DNA of 64,000 nt, from assembly GCF_009914755.1 (NCBI RefSeq), contig NC_060930.1. One strand, given 5' to 3'. Within the stretch, counting starts at the first letter, position 1. Every line of letters begins with the position of its first letter. The notes beneath the pieces are model-generated. The model did not search any database and was not told the origin of the DNA. It worked only from the letters and a program-made list of their open reading frames with translations. Positions 30,792 to 43,119 of the stretch are shown piece by piece. The translations under genes and the position numbers were made by a program. The stretch is from the human T2T-CHM13v2.0 reference genome, Homo sapiens.

Positions 30792-31066
30792 GGCCAGGTG
30801 TGGTGGCTCACGCCTGTAATCCCAACACTTTGGAAGGCTGAGGCAGTGAATTGCTTGAGCCCAGGAGTTTGAGACCAGCCTGGGCAACATAGCAAATACA
30901 AAAAATATGAAAATTAGCTGGGCATGGTGGCACATGCCTGTAGTTAAAGTTACTTGGGAGGCTGAGGTGGGAGGTTCACTTGGGATGGGAGGTTGAGGCT
31001 GCAGTGAGCTATGATTGTGTCACTGAACTCCACCTTGGACAACAGAGTGAGACCCTGTCTCAAAAA
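30792..31066 (+). mobile_element. AluJ
   Basis: gcttgagcccaggagtttgag, gaggctgcagtgagctatga; degenerate TSD aatc(a/g)taa. Confidence 0.9.
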
Positions 31067-32205
31067 TAATCGTAAGGAAGAGAAAATATATTTACCATTC
31101 ATTAAATGGAAGTGGACCATCATAAAGGTCTTCATCCTCGCCATCTTCACATTGAGTAGGCTGAGGAGGAGGGAGAGGATGGGTTGGTCTTGCTGTCTCA
31201 GGGGTGGCAGAGGCAGGAGAAAATCCACAACCCACATATAAATGGACCTGCACAGTACAAACCCATGTTGTTCAAGGGTCACCTGTACTGTAATGTGCTT
31301 GATCTTCTTAAGGCTTTTACTTTTGCTCTCCCAACTCATTACACTGTCAGAGGCCAAATCCCTAACTGGGGGACAGTGTAATGGAGGAACAATTGAATGA
31401 GAAGATTGGACGTTCAAAGTCTGGGTTTTAGATCTGCTATCTATCAGGCTTTTCACCCACCCATTCACTCTGGGCCCTCAGTTTCTTTACCTGTCAAATG
31501 GCTAGGTTGGAGAATCTGGATTTTTATAACTCATAGGCTCATGGATCATTAGTGATGCTCATTCTGCAGAAGAGGAAAGCAAAATACAGCATTATTTCTT
31601 TTCTCTGCTCTGATGTTCTGCAATTCTAAGAGTTGGAATCTAAACTCATGGGGAAACATTTTGAGGATGTTAACACATTATCCCTGAATATATACCTCAT
31701 CATGGGCACGGAGATGGGGCAGGAACTGGTATGAATTCAGTGTCTTGTGAAGTGCATGCTGTGGCCCATAGGATTCTCACTGCTGCTCTTTGAAGAATAT
31801 AATGTTATTGTCAAAATGGAGGTGAGGATATCGAGACTCAGGACTTACCCAAGGCTATACCACTAGAAAGTGGCAAGGTCTATCAATTTTCCCAGTGTCT
31901 ACCACAAGACTGGCCCCATGCATAATATCTGACTTGAAAGATAATTCTGGGAAAATTCCTGTGATCCCAGGTGGGAAGTCCCAGCTGCTCTGCTTGTTGG
32001 CCCATCCCCAACATTCTCGTGTTCAAAGAATCTGGATTTCTTTAGACTCAAGAGTCCAGCATAAGATGGGTAGTTGCACCTAAGACAGTGCCAACGAACA
32101 CACTTTACCTGGGGCCAGCTTCAACCATAGGTACTGGGTAGGTGACCAGCTAGTGTTGTTGGAAGAAGATTGTAAGGTCTCCTGTTACAGCCCATCTGTT
32201 CTGTT

Positions 32206-32575
32206 AGGGTGGTCAGCTTGTCTCAATCTCCCTGGGATGTTCTCAGTTTTTTTTTAATTTTTTAATTATTATACTTTACCTTCTAGGGTGCATGTGCACA
32301 ACGTGTGGTTTTGTTACATAGGTATACATGTGCCATGTTGGTTTGCTGCACCCATTAACTCGTCATTTACATTAAGTATTTCTCCTAATGCTATCCCTCC
32401 CCCAGCCACCCATCCCATGACAGGCCCTGGTGTGTGATGTTCCCCGCCCTGTGTCCAAGTGTTCTTATTGTTCAATTCCCACCTATGAGTGGGGATGTTC
32501 TCAGTTTTAAAACTGATACTCCCAGGTCTAGAGAACTCCCTCTGTCCCAAGAAAATGGAATGGTTTGTCATCCTA
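32206..32575. mobile_element. MER94-like hAT MITE interrupted by L1
   Basis: tagggtggtca ... tgtcatccta terminal inverted repeats. Confidence 0.65.
32251..32491 (-). mobile_element. Short 5'-truncated L1PA (PA6/7-like) 3' UTR
   Basis: 17-bp TSD gggatgttctcagtttt at 32234 and 32492. Confidence 0.92.
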
Positions 32576-33060
32576 CAATTTCCTGAGCTCTGAATTTCTG
32601 TAATTGGGAGAATATACCTTATACTCTATATTCAATACAAATAAAACAAATTTCTTCCTGTTGGCATGTTACCTTATCAAACTTGGAGGTTATGTTTGAG
32701 ATGCAAATAGAGACTTCTATGGAGTATGCAAAGTTTATTTTGGGGCAGGAAGACTCTCAAATGAGCCAAAACCTGGATGCAGTAAGAAGCCTCGAGATTG
32801 TTGGTTGGGAAAGCAATGCCACAGATACATTCTCATGAGCACAAGCCATGCTCCAGACTGATGCTCCCAATTGCAGGGTTGAGGTGCAATAAAGCTGCTT
32901 CCCACCTGAGTAAGTCTGTTGGTTAAGAAGCAGGCGAGTGGCCACAGAGAACTGTTTGTTTAACCAGGAACTACAGTTATTGGTTCTGTTCAGCCAACCT
33001 GGAAAAATCGGGTAATTACAATTGCAAGGGGCAAACTCTAACTTAAAGGTACATGCACAA

Positions 33061-33192
33061 GCTCAGATGTGGATACTGACATAGTTTGGATGTGTGTCCC
33101 CACCCAAATCTCATATTGAAATGTAATCCCCAATGTTGGAGGTGGGGCCTGGTGGGAGGTGATTGGATCATGGGGCCAGATTTCTCATGAAT
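33061..33192 (+). repeat. 132-bp dispersed duplicate of 33678-33809 (flank plus MST LTR 5' end)
   Basis: Direct alignment, 2 mismatches in 132 bp. Confidence 0.95.
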
Positions 33193-33693
33193 ATACACAG
33201 AAAGATTTGCCCACCCTTGTTCTAACTGAAGGGAGATAGAGATTCCCAGAATTCATGAAATGAATGAATTAGGAACCTTCCAGGGAGAAATGGGCACCTT
33301 CCAGGGATAAGAAAAGAGCAATGGCATTTGTTGAATACCATGCCAGGCACTTAACACATACCATTTAATTTGATTCTTTTGGTAACCTTCCTTGTACATC
33401 ACCGTCCCCCTACACTGGGTCCCTTGCACAGATGAGGAAAAGGGGGCTCAGGCCCAGGGAAAGGGTAAGGGCTTGTGCAAGTTCATATGGCTGCCTGACC
33501 TCCATGCTCCATCCAGCCTACTAACTGGGGACAGGGCACAGAGAATGGACTTCCTCAGTTTGCCTGGGGAGGCCCTGTGTGCACAGGAATTACCTGCTGA
33601 ATTTTGAGACTAGGGAAGCCCACAGTGGGACAGTTATTTAGCACAGCTTCATGTGCCAGTGCCAGGAGGCAATACAGGCTCAGATGTGGATAC

Positions 33694-34120
33694 TGACATA
33701 GTTTGGATCTGTGTCCCCACCCAAATCTCATATTGAAATGTAATCCCCAATGTTGGAGGTGGGGCCTGATGGGAGGTGATTGGATCATGGGGCCAGATTT
33801 CTCATGAATGATTTAGCGCCATTGCTCTTGGTATTGTCCTTGAGTTAGTGAGTGAGTTCTCTTGATATCTGGTTGTTTAAAAGTATCTAGCACCTCCCCC
33901 TTCACTCTCTGGCTTCTGCTTTCGCTATGTGAAGTGTCTGCTCTCGCTTTGCCTTCTGCCATGACTGTAAGCTTCCCCAGAAGAGGCCTCCCCAGGAGCC
34001 AAGTGATGTTGGTGCCATGCTTGTATAGCCTGCAGAATCATAAGCCAATTAAACCTCTTTTCTTATAAGTTACCCAGTCTCAGGTATTTGTTTATAGTAA
34101 TGCAAGAACGGCCTAATACA
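33694..34120 (+). mobile_element. MSTB-like MaLR solo LTR
   Basis: tgacatagtttggat...cctaataca; TSD gatac/catac. Confidence 0.9.
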
Positions 34121-34229
34121 CATACCAAAGACCAAATGTATCCAGACAGCAAACAGAACCACTGGAAGGTACAGGAATCAGTATATCTAGAGGTAGCCAA
34201 GCAAGTTCCCAGGTGGCCCACAGCTGGGG

Positions 34230-34390
34230 GGCGGGGAGTGGTGTCCCAAATATGCCTGCGCATCAGAGGGGGACATGCAGCTCGACACCACTCTGGCCTC
34301 ACTCCCTGGAGATTCTAATTCAGGGAGTCTGAGAGGGGATGGAAAGGTGAACTTTAAACAAGCCAACTTAACCACTGCCAATTTGGGAAC
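34230..34390. mobile_element. MER5A-like hAT MITE
   Basis: agtggtgtcccaaa...gcatcaga...gagattctaattcag...atttgggaactactg. Confidence 0.6.
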
Positions 34391-35446
34391 TACTGATTTA
34401 CAAAGTGGAACCCAGAACCCAGAAAATGAGGCCTGCATCCTGTTCCTTTCTCAGCTACAGACTAACTTTGAAAAGCAATTTTAAATCTTAGGTGCCTTCT
34501 GTGATGGCGTGAATAGGTAAGTCGCCTTGTGAGTGGTCAAAACATGGCACAGCACTCATTTATCATCTTCATGTCTCAGTTTCCCCAAATGTGTGATGAA
34601 ATGATATCTGAAAGCACTTTTCTGAAATCTTGTGAGGATAAGTTAAATGCAAACATGGAGTACTTTGAGCTCTTTGGAGGAGAGGAATTCCAGTGATTAT
34701 TAAAATAGCGCTTTACTGTAGTAGCCAAATGAAGTGCCATTTTTAAATTCTTGATCATCTTGAAGATGCAGTTCTTGAGTCATGAAGCCCATAACAATCT
34801 CTTAGTTATTCAGGTGAAAATCAGTTGGAACTACGTGTATCATCTTCCTGTACTTAGAGGGGGAAGCAGCTATCGAGGGTCCTTCTCTTCTTTCTTCCCC
34901 TGACCACAGGCACTTTATGTAAACCCACCGGTCTGTGTTCATGGGTAGAGGGACCAATCTTTAACCAGTTCACTTGAGTTCCCATTTCATTCAGTAGCTA
35001 ATGCAGGAAACCTTAACAGGGTCTCTGGTGTGCAAATGGACTCTGTTTAAAAAGTTCATTTGGAACTTGGAAAATGACAATGTGTCTAAACTGTGGTTAG
35101 TTCACCTCCCTTCCCTCACATCCTTAAAAATATCATTTAACAGTTACCTGAAGTCCTGAGCAAAGAAGGTGAAAGAACTGGGCAATTATGTTTAGCACTG
35201 TGTTTATGGGGTAACACATAGAGCAAAGAAAAAACAGTTTCCTGACAGAGACATCGGGGATTGGGGACATCTGCCTTCCCCTAGAAAAAGCACAGTCTCC
35301 CTCTTCAGCTGGCCAGAGGGAGAACACTCAGCTGCACATTGAAGTTGGCGGTGGCTTCTATGACGTGGCTGGGTTAGGTTGGGTTTGGGTTTTAAGGTGT
35401 AAGAATAAGATTGTTGGCTCTTCAGCTGTGGGATGGAGATATTCAG

Positions 35447-35960
35447 AATCAACTTATGTCCATCAACAGATGAATGGATAAAGAAACTGGGTGTATGAAC
35501 ACAGTGGAATACTACGCAGCCTTTGAAAAGAAGGAAATTCTGTCGTGTGACACAAGGATGGAGTTAGAGAACATTATGCTAAATGAAATGAGGCAGGCAC
35601 AGAAAGATAAATACTGCATGTTCTTACTTTATGTGGGATCTAAAACAACCAAACTCATAGAAGCAGAGAGTAGGATGGCAGTTTCTAGAGGCTGGGGGTG
35701 GAGGGGAAAATGGGGAGATGATGGTTAAAAGATACAAAGTCTTAGTTAAACAGGAGGAATATGGGTTTTGTTTTTTTTTTTTTAGTTCTGTTGAACAATA
35801 TGGTGAATATAGTTAATAATAGAGTATTGTACATGTCAAAATTGCTAAGAGAACAAATTTCAAATGTTCTCACCACAAAAAGTGATGTGTTTGAGGTGAT
35901 AGTTTGCTAATTGGCTTGATTTAATTATTCTACATTGTATTCATAAATCATGATAACCTC
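35447..35960 (+). mobile_element. L1MA 3' end
   Basis: gtccatcaacagatgaatggataaag ... aaattgctaagaga ... gttctcaccacaaaa. Confidence 0.88.
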
Positions 35961-36353
35961 ACTTTATATCCTTAAGCATTACTTTAGGGTGATGTTTTAC
36001 CGAGATTACTTTAGTCATCTGTCCAACCGGGCCAAGAGGCAGGAAACGGAGATGATCTTTTGAGACTCTTCTACCCCACCCCACCTCCAGTTCTTTCTTC
36101 CTCAGCTGCCTTTCCTTCCCAACTCCCACCCTCTCCTCCTGCCCCACCCTAGCACCTGTTCCATTTCGCATTCCTGCAGGGCTTTCCTCTCCCATTGAGC
36201 TCTCACCTGAGAAGACAGATTTGCCAGTGAAAGCCCCAGAGAGTTTTGCCATCACACCTTTTTTCTTTCTTGGTTCTGTTGTATGGGGTGGGGTCTGGTG
36301 TGGGCAGAATTCCATCACCCATTAAAGTTTGGTTTTTGTCTCCCACACCTCTC

Positions 36354-36442
36354 CAGCTCTATGCTTTTTAGCTAGAGGATTGAACTTGAGCAAATGTGTA
36401 ATTTTTGTATGCTTCAGTTTTTATTACAAAATGGAGATCATA
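36354..36442 (+). repeat. ~89-bp dispersed duplicate of MIR segment 37789-37878
   Basis: About 90% identity (8 substitutions, 1 indel). Confidence 0.85.
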
Positions 36443-36818
36443 CTTTCCCTCATTTTCATCCTCTTCCCCGTTGAGCTGTTTGTTCTTCCCTCCCACATGC
36501 CCTCCCGATTCTCTCCTCTTCCCATGACCTCGGCTGACAGACGTTCAGGCCTTCATCACCTTGAGAAGGGATAGATTCGATGACTTGTCCCCAGCCCCCG
36601 TCACTGTCCACAGGGGCCTGTGCCACTGTGCCATGTTGTTTCTGAAGTGCAGTCATTCCTCACCCACCACAACAGCCATGGCTGGGCTCAAGTACAGCCC
36701 CTCAGTTGGGGCTCTGGCTTCCTTGCCTTGTCTCCCATTTCTTCTCCTTACATACCCCCTCTGCTCAAGACAATTCATGCTAGCCTGTTTCCAGAAAAAA
36801 TTCTCAACACTTCTGGCC

Positions 36819-37181
36819 TGATATGGTTTAGCTGTGTCCCCACCCAAATCTCATCTTGAATTGTAGCTCCCATAATTCCCGCATGTCATGAAAGGGACCC
36901 AGTGGGAGGTAATTGAATCATGGGGGAGAGTCTTTCCTGTGCTGTTCTCACCATAGTGAAGAAGTCTCAAGAGATCTGATGGTTTTATAAAGAGGAGTTC
37001 CCCTGCACACGTTTTCTCTTGCCTGGTGCCATGTAAGATGTGACTTTCCTCCTCCTTGCTTTCCACCATGATTGTGAAGCCTTCCCAGCCATGTGGAACT
37101 GAGTCAATTAAACCTCTTTTCTTTATAAATTACCCAGTCATGGGAATGTCTTTATTAGCAGCATAAGAACAGACTAATACA
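36819..37181 (+). mobile_element. THE1B-like solo LTR
   Basis: tgatatggtttagctgtgtccccacccaaatctcatcttgaattgtagctccc...cagactaataca; TSD tggcc/tggct. Confidence 0.92.
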
Positions 37182-37734
37182 TGGCTTTTGCTGATACTTT
37201 TTCATCCTCATGGAATATTATTTCAGCTCAGCAAATTGAGAGCCTAATTTCAGCTCAAATTATATGCCACCTCCTCCATGACATTTTACTCATGGTAGCA
37301 GCCACAAGTAAGCCCCTCCCGTCCTGTGCTCCCTACCTACAGCACTCATATGTGCCAGCTGTGAATGCTGTTTGCTGATCCACTTGTCTCCTCTCCTCCA
37401 CTAGATGATAATGGGAGCCTAAGGAGTGCAGGGGAATGTTTTGCTTGGAATTAGAAGATGGGGCCCTGACGTCAACCTGGTTGTTAACAATGGAAGGTTA
37501 CTTAGCTTTTCTGGGCTTCAGTTTCCTCATCTATTAAATGAAGTGGTTGATCCAGGTGCCCTTGAAGGTCTCCACCAGCACTAAGTCTCTGTGAACTCTT
37601 TAGCAGAACTTTAGGGTCCACCCAACAATATGTATTTATCTTCTCTCCTTGCCTCTGCCTCTTTCTGAAAGGGGATGAGAATTAGCTGAGCATTTTCTCA
37701 GTGGCAGTGGGCTACCCAGTAATGCAGAGGGCAC

Positions 37735-37960
37735 TAAAATGGTAGTTAAAAGAATGGGCCTTGGGTCATTCAGGTTGGAGTTTGAATTCAGCTCTATACT
37801 TTTTAACTAGAGCATTGAACTTGAGCAAATGTGTAACCTTTGTATACTTCAGTTTTTATTTATAAAATGGAGACCATAAGAACATCTACCCCAGAGGGTT
37901 GCTGACAGGTTAAGAAGATAATTTAATGAAGGTCTCATAATAAACAATAAATAGATGTAT
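37735..37960 (+). mobile_element. MIR
   Basis: tagttaaaagaatggg...tttgaattcagctct...ttcagtttttatttataaaatgg. Confidence 0.75.
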
Positions 37961-39291
37961 AAGTGGTAAAGACCCACCTTCTATCAAGACAATGTGTGGG
38001 AGTTACTTAACCATGTCTGGGTCTCAGCCATGGATGCACATTAAAATCATCTGGGGAGCTTTTTTTTTAAAAAAAAATACCATCACCTGGGCCCCAGTCC
38101 AAAGTGAATCAAAATCTCTGGGGGGTAGCATTCTGGCATTGGTATTGTTGAAGCTGTTCTCCTCTCCAGGTTTTTCTAATTTACAGCAAGATTGTGAACC
38201 ATCGTTCTAATGAGAATTTAATCGACCCTAAGAGAGGAAAATCCACACGTTGAATAACAAATTTCTAAGACATGCTTTAGAGAAGTTTGAGGCACTTGGG
38301 CAAAGAAAGTCCTGCTTCCCCAGTGCAGGAGCCATGAAGTTCTCTAAACTCATGTCTATCTCCTGGATTCTTCCTAGTAGGCCTAGATAAAAAGCAACCT
38401 GCCTGAGCTAGGAATGGCACTTAGGAAATGTCTCGTGACTCTGAGTCCCAACATTTGAAGTCATTCTGGAGGCCTTCAAATCTCTCCCAACCCTCTAACT
38501 GATTATATGGATTTAAAATTCAAAATCTCTAGTCAACTACTTTTTCCAGTTCCCTGTTCCAAATGTAACTTAATAGGCTGTCACCATGGAAACAGGTATT
38601 TCTCCTTGAGGACCAATCCTCCTCTTGAAAATCTGTCTCTTCTATCATTTGATTATGATCAACGAGGGGTCATGAAAAGCAAGATTTATATCCATGGAAT
38701 ATGTGTAAAGAATCTGGATTTAGACTCTTCTGAGGGATGGTACAGCACTTTCTCTGAATCTGTTAAAGTTCCATTTTTGATAATAAGATACTCTTGCCCT
38801 TCTGGGAAGGAGGAAAAAAAATCCTGTTTCAAGAATATCGCTCAGTACTAGCTAGATGCGTTTCCAAATGTGAGAAAGTAAAATTATCATTTTAATCTGC
38901 CTCATTCTCACTTTTTGGGATCCAAAGGGTAGAATAAAAGACCAGTTTCAGACTGGTGCCTGTTTCAGACTGGTGCAGGGGGTGCCAGTAGCTCTGGGCC
39001 GGGGGGTCTGTACCCCAGGTTCCCCACCTACTGAAGGGCAGTGATCCACACAGCCCTGCTGGGGGTCTGCAGTGCCCTTCTGGGCCCTTCTTAATCCTAA
39101 CAATTTCTGAAACATGCCCAATCATTTGGCACTTTGGCCTTCACGGATAATGGAGAAAATGGGAAGGAAGTGAGGAGGGAACCAGGTGGGAAGCCGAATG
39201 TGAGAAAAGGAGAAGAGCAGGAGAGAGAGGCCTCTGGTGAAGAACCACGCAATTCTGCAGGGAGAAGCAATGCTTGGCAGGTATGGTGCCT

Positions 39292-39947
39292 TGTTCCTGG
39301 ACCAAACTGAGGGTCAGGCTGCTATTTCTCGTGGCCCAATAATGAGATGCAGATGGACTGGGGAGGAAGAGAGTTTTTCTTTCTGTAACCAGCTATAGGG
39401 AGAAGGCCTGGAAATTATCACCAGACCAACTCCAAATTACACAGTTTTCCAGAGCTTATATACCTTCTAAGCTATATGTCTGTGTGTAAGTGTGCATTTA
39501 TCTAAAGACCGAAGTGATTAACTTCTTTTAATATATAACAGACCTATAACAAAGGTCTGAGTCCTGAAGACCTTCCTCTGGAGCCTCAGTAAATTTACTT
39601 AATTTAAATGGGTCCAGGTGCTGGGGTGATTACTCTTTATCTTCTTTCCTGCTAAATCATGAAGGTTCAGACCCCCCAGTAAACTGGTTTGTGGAGGCCA
39701 GAGGAGTTTCTTCAGACCCACAATGAAACTTGTTTAATCATAAATGTGTCCTGTTAAGAGTTCCTTCATTATTTTGTCATGCCCGAGTTTCAGGAAATGC
39801 CTACGCAAAACTCTTGGGCTTTTGTTACATTCCAGCCTTTGTATAAGGGCACTGGCTTTTCTTAGCTTTTAATATTTAACTAACCACTCAGTCAGTACTG
39901 AAACAGTTGTTATGGAGGCCTGTGTTAGTGAGACCTGGCCTGCCACA
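39292..39947 (-). mobile_element. ERV1-class solo LTR (LTR15-like)
   Basis: Minus strand starts TGTGGCAGGCCAGGTCTCACTAAC and ends CCAGGAACA. Confidence 0.75.
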
Positions 39948-40898
39948 TTGTTACATGTCACCATGGCAAGGCTGAACTGTGCTTCCCAGAATTCCCTTTT
40001 CTGCATAATTCCAGTTAGGGTGGGCCACAAGAGACATCTTGCACAGGACAGGACAGCATCATATTGTCTGTGCATTCGGTAGCTCGGCACTGTGGCAGCC
40101 GTGCATGTGTTGTCATTTGTCTGCCGGCTCATGTTGCTGGTGAGAGACGGCAGCAGGCCTGCAGCTACTACACTTCTCCTGGATCCTCTCTCAGCTTTTG
40201 CAAATCCTGGGCCAGATGGGTGTTAAGCTCCATAAAAAAGAGGCCTGGCTCTGGATCCTGCAGGACGCCCCACCCTGGAGGTTGGAGGCAGTGAGGGAAT
40301 GACATGGGTTTAGTCCATCCTGCAGGTTCTGGCTTGTCCTTACTGTCCCCACTGTCTTAATCAGCTTGGGCTACTGTAACAGAATATGGAGTGGGTGGCT
40401 TAAACCACACACATTTATTTCTCACTGTTCTGGAGGCTGGAAGTCTGAGATCAGGATGCCAGCATGGTCAAGTTCTCAGTGAGGGCCCTCTTCCTGGTTT
40501 ACAGATGCCTGCTTTCTTGCTTTTCCTTCCAGGATCATCTCTCTGTGTCTCTTTTTACAAGGGCACTAATCCCATCCATGAGGGCTTCAGGCTTATGACC
40601 TAATCATCTCCCAAATGCCCCACTTTCAAATACCATCATATGGAGGATTAGGCTTCAACATATGAATTTCAGAGAGTGCACAAAATTCAGTCCACAGAAT
40701 CCCCTTTGCATTCATCTTTCCTTCTATGCTACCTGACTTGCAAATTTCAACTTCCAGCACTGGACACAGAGAAACAGCCTTGTAGAAACTAGTGCCTACA
40801 ATTGCATAAGATGAAATCCCTATGATAAATTCATGTGGATGTGTGCATGTAAGGCTATCCTAGTGGTTCTGCCTTTCTGATCAAATTCTGACTGCATC
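39948..40898 (+). mobile_element. ERVL LTR (MLT2F-like), interrupted by MLT1A
   Basis: ggctgaactgtgcttcccagaattccc...ttagggtgggccacaagagacat; 3' end ggttctgcctttctgatcaaattctgactg. Confidence 0.75.
40352..40698 (-). mobile_element. MLT1A LTR nested in MLT2F-like LTR
   Basis: tttatttctcactgttctggaggctggaagtctgagatca ... gggcactaatcccatccatgaggg. Confidence 0.85.
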
Positions 40899-41103
40899 AG
40901 CAGGAACACATGGAGGGGAGGACGGTGTGAAGGGCTAGCACCCTTGCTCTGTGGGTGCAGTCATGGGTCCTCTGCTACATCCAAAGATGGACCAGACTGA
41001 GTCAGGCCAGTTCTCTCGGGGTACCTAAAGAACTAGAACTGAGAGAGTCACTCTCTGTTGGTGCAGAGGCTGTAAGAGGTAAAGTTGGGGTGCTGTGGGG
41101 AAC

Positions 41104-41496
41104 TGTATTAGTCTGCAATGGCTGCTGTAAGAAAATACCAAAGACTGGGAAGCTTAAACAACAGAAATTGATTTCCTCACAGTTCCAGAGGCCCTAAGTC
41201 AAAGATCAAGGTGTCAGCTGGGTTGCTTGCTTCTGAGGTCTTTCTCTTTTGTGTACAGATTACTGCCTTCTCCCTGTATCCTTATGTGGACTGTCCTCTG
41301 TGCACATACATCCCTGGTGTCTCTTCCTCCTCTTATGAGGACACTAGTCATACTGGATTAGGATCACCCTAACAGCCTCATTTCAACTGAGTGGGCTCTT
41401 TAAAGGCCTTATCTCCAAATGCAGTCACATTCTGAGGTACTGGGGGCTAGGACTTCCACCATATGAATATTTGGGGACACAGTTCAGCCCATAACA
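41104..41496 (-). mobile_element. MLT1A/B LTR
   Basis: tgtattagtctg ... tcacattctgaggtactggggg ... cagcccataaca. Confidence 0.85.
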
Positions 41497-42933
41497 CTGG
41501 CTATTAGTGGGCAAGTGTGGTAGATATACTTTTTGCCATCTGGAGAAAGTCTGATTGCGGAGAAAGTCGGACTGCAGAGAAAGAGAAGAATGTAGCAGAC
41601 ACTCAGAGAGCCATGGAACTGATACACTATATAGAGAAGACCACAGCCTTTGGGATGGAAGGAACCCAACTTTGTAAGGAGAGCCATTCACAACTGCCTC
41701 TGTAGATAACTCGTGACACAGCTCATAGGAATTTATCACTCCCAGCATACAAACTGTCTGACGGTTTGCCCTGCAGCATGGTCAGGCTTCAAGGCTGTTT
41801 TCCCAGCTGCAGAGCTCACAGGTGTCTGTGCATGAGTCTATTGTAGCTAGAGCATCTCCCCAGGCATGAGGCAGGGGCTGATATCGGGATCAGTCAAAAT
41901 AGCTCTACTAGCAACAGCAAGACACCTTTTTTCCTATTATTATTTAAAATTATCTATGACTTTTTTCTCCCTTCTAGTGCTATAAATGGAAAAAAGATTT
42001 CTAGAAAGTTCTTTGTATGTTTTAGACATTCCTTTCATAACCTACAAGCTAACTGTATATTAATAAACTATTACCTCCATTCAATCACATGCCAAACTCA
42101 CAGAAGCCCAATGACTTTTCAGTAACTTGTGCCAATGAACCAATCCATGTTTATTGAGCTCTGATTATAAATGAAGCTCAGCAGTAGGGAATACAAGAGA
42201 TTAAAAGATGGTGAGGACAAGCTCCTCACTCTCAAAAATCTTACCATCTAGATGAGCTCAGGGACCAAGGCACTGAAATAGCCATGTACACCTCAGAGTC
42301 AAGGTCAAAGCATAATTTTAGTTTTGATTCAGTCCCTTGGCCAGAGAAGCAGAAGTGTCAAATTATAGCCATGAACAAGCACTTAAGTAGCTTAGCTTTG
42401 TCTATAGGAGGGTCTCTGGACAGCTGGGCAAATTCACAGCCTTTACTCTTCTAGTGTTTACTTCTTCTATGCATTTTTTGTGAATTCTAAAACAATGTGG
42501 CTATGTCACAGAAATGGAAGTCACCAGTTTGGTTTGCTAGCGTACTGCTTATGTACAAGTTGCTTTGGATTTCTTTTATGTCTGGGCCCTGGGTGGCCCT
42601 CAGTTCTGCCCATGGCAGTAGCTGACAGTGCTCTGTGGTTGTAGGAATATTTGGAAGGAGCAGAAAAGAGGTACAGTTAGAATGAGTGGGACTTGTCTGG
42701 TGGGTTGACTACTGATATAGTTCAGTGTCTGGTTACTGCTTTGAACATTTAGGTGAAAAATATCGTGCTGACCTATCCAGCACAGCCTCTGCGTAAAGAA
42801 CACTTCACAGAGTAGTGAAGTGCAAACACACAAGGCAATAATTATATATTATAACACACACCTTATTGGTTCTGTTTCTGTGAAGAACCTTGATACATCT
42901 TCTAAGGAAATTTCTCAAATGTCCCATCCAAGA

Positions 42934-43119
42934 AGTGTTCCTAGATAAAATCTAGGATGCCCCGTTAAATTGAAATTGCAGATGTATCACAAATAATTTC
43001 TTATAAGTATGTCTCATGCAATATTTGGGACATACTTATAATAAAAAGTTGTTTATTGTTCATCTCAAATTCAAATTTAGCTGTGGGTCTTGTATTTTTA
43101 TTTGCTAATCTGGCAACCC
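42934..43119. mobile_element. MER53 palindromic MITE
   Basis: tataagtatgtctca/tgggacatacttata central stem; ends atctggcaaccc. Confidence 0.8.

Larger units (their letters stand above)
30412..31285 (-). mobile_element. Tigger2a-like DNA transposon hosting an L1 tail and an Alu
   Basis: TIRs cagttgacccttgaacaa / ttgttcaagggtcacctg, each flanked by TA. Confidence 0.88.
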
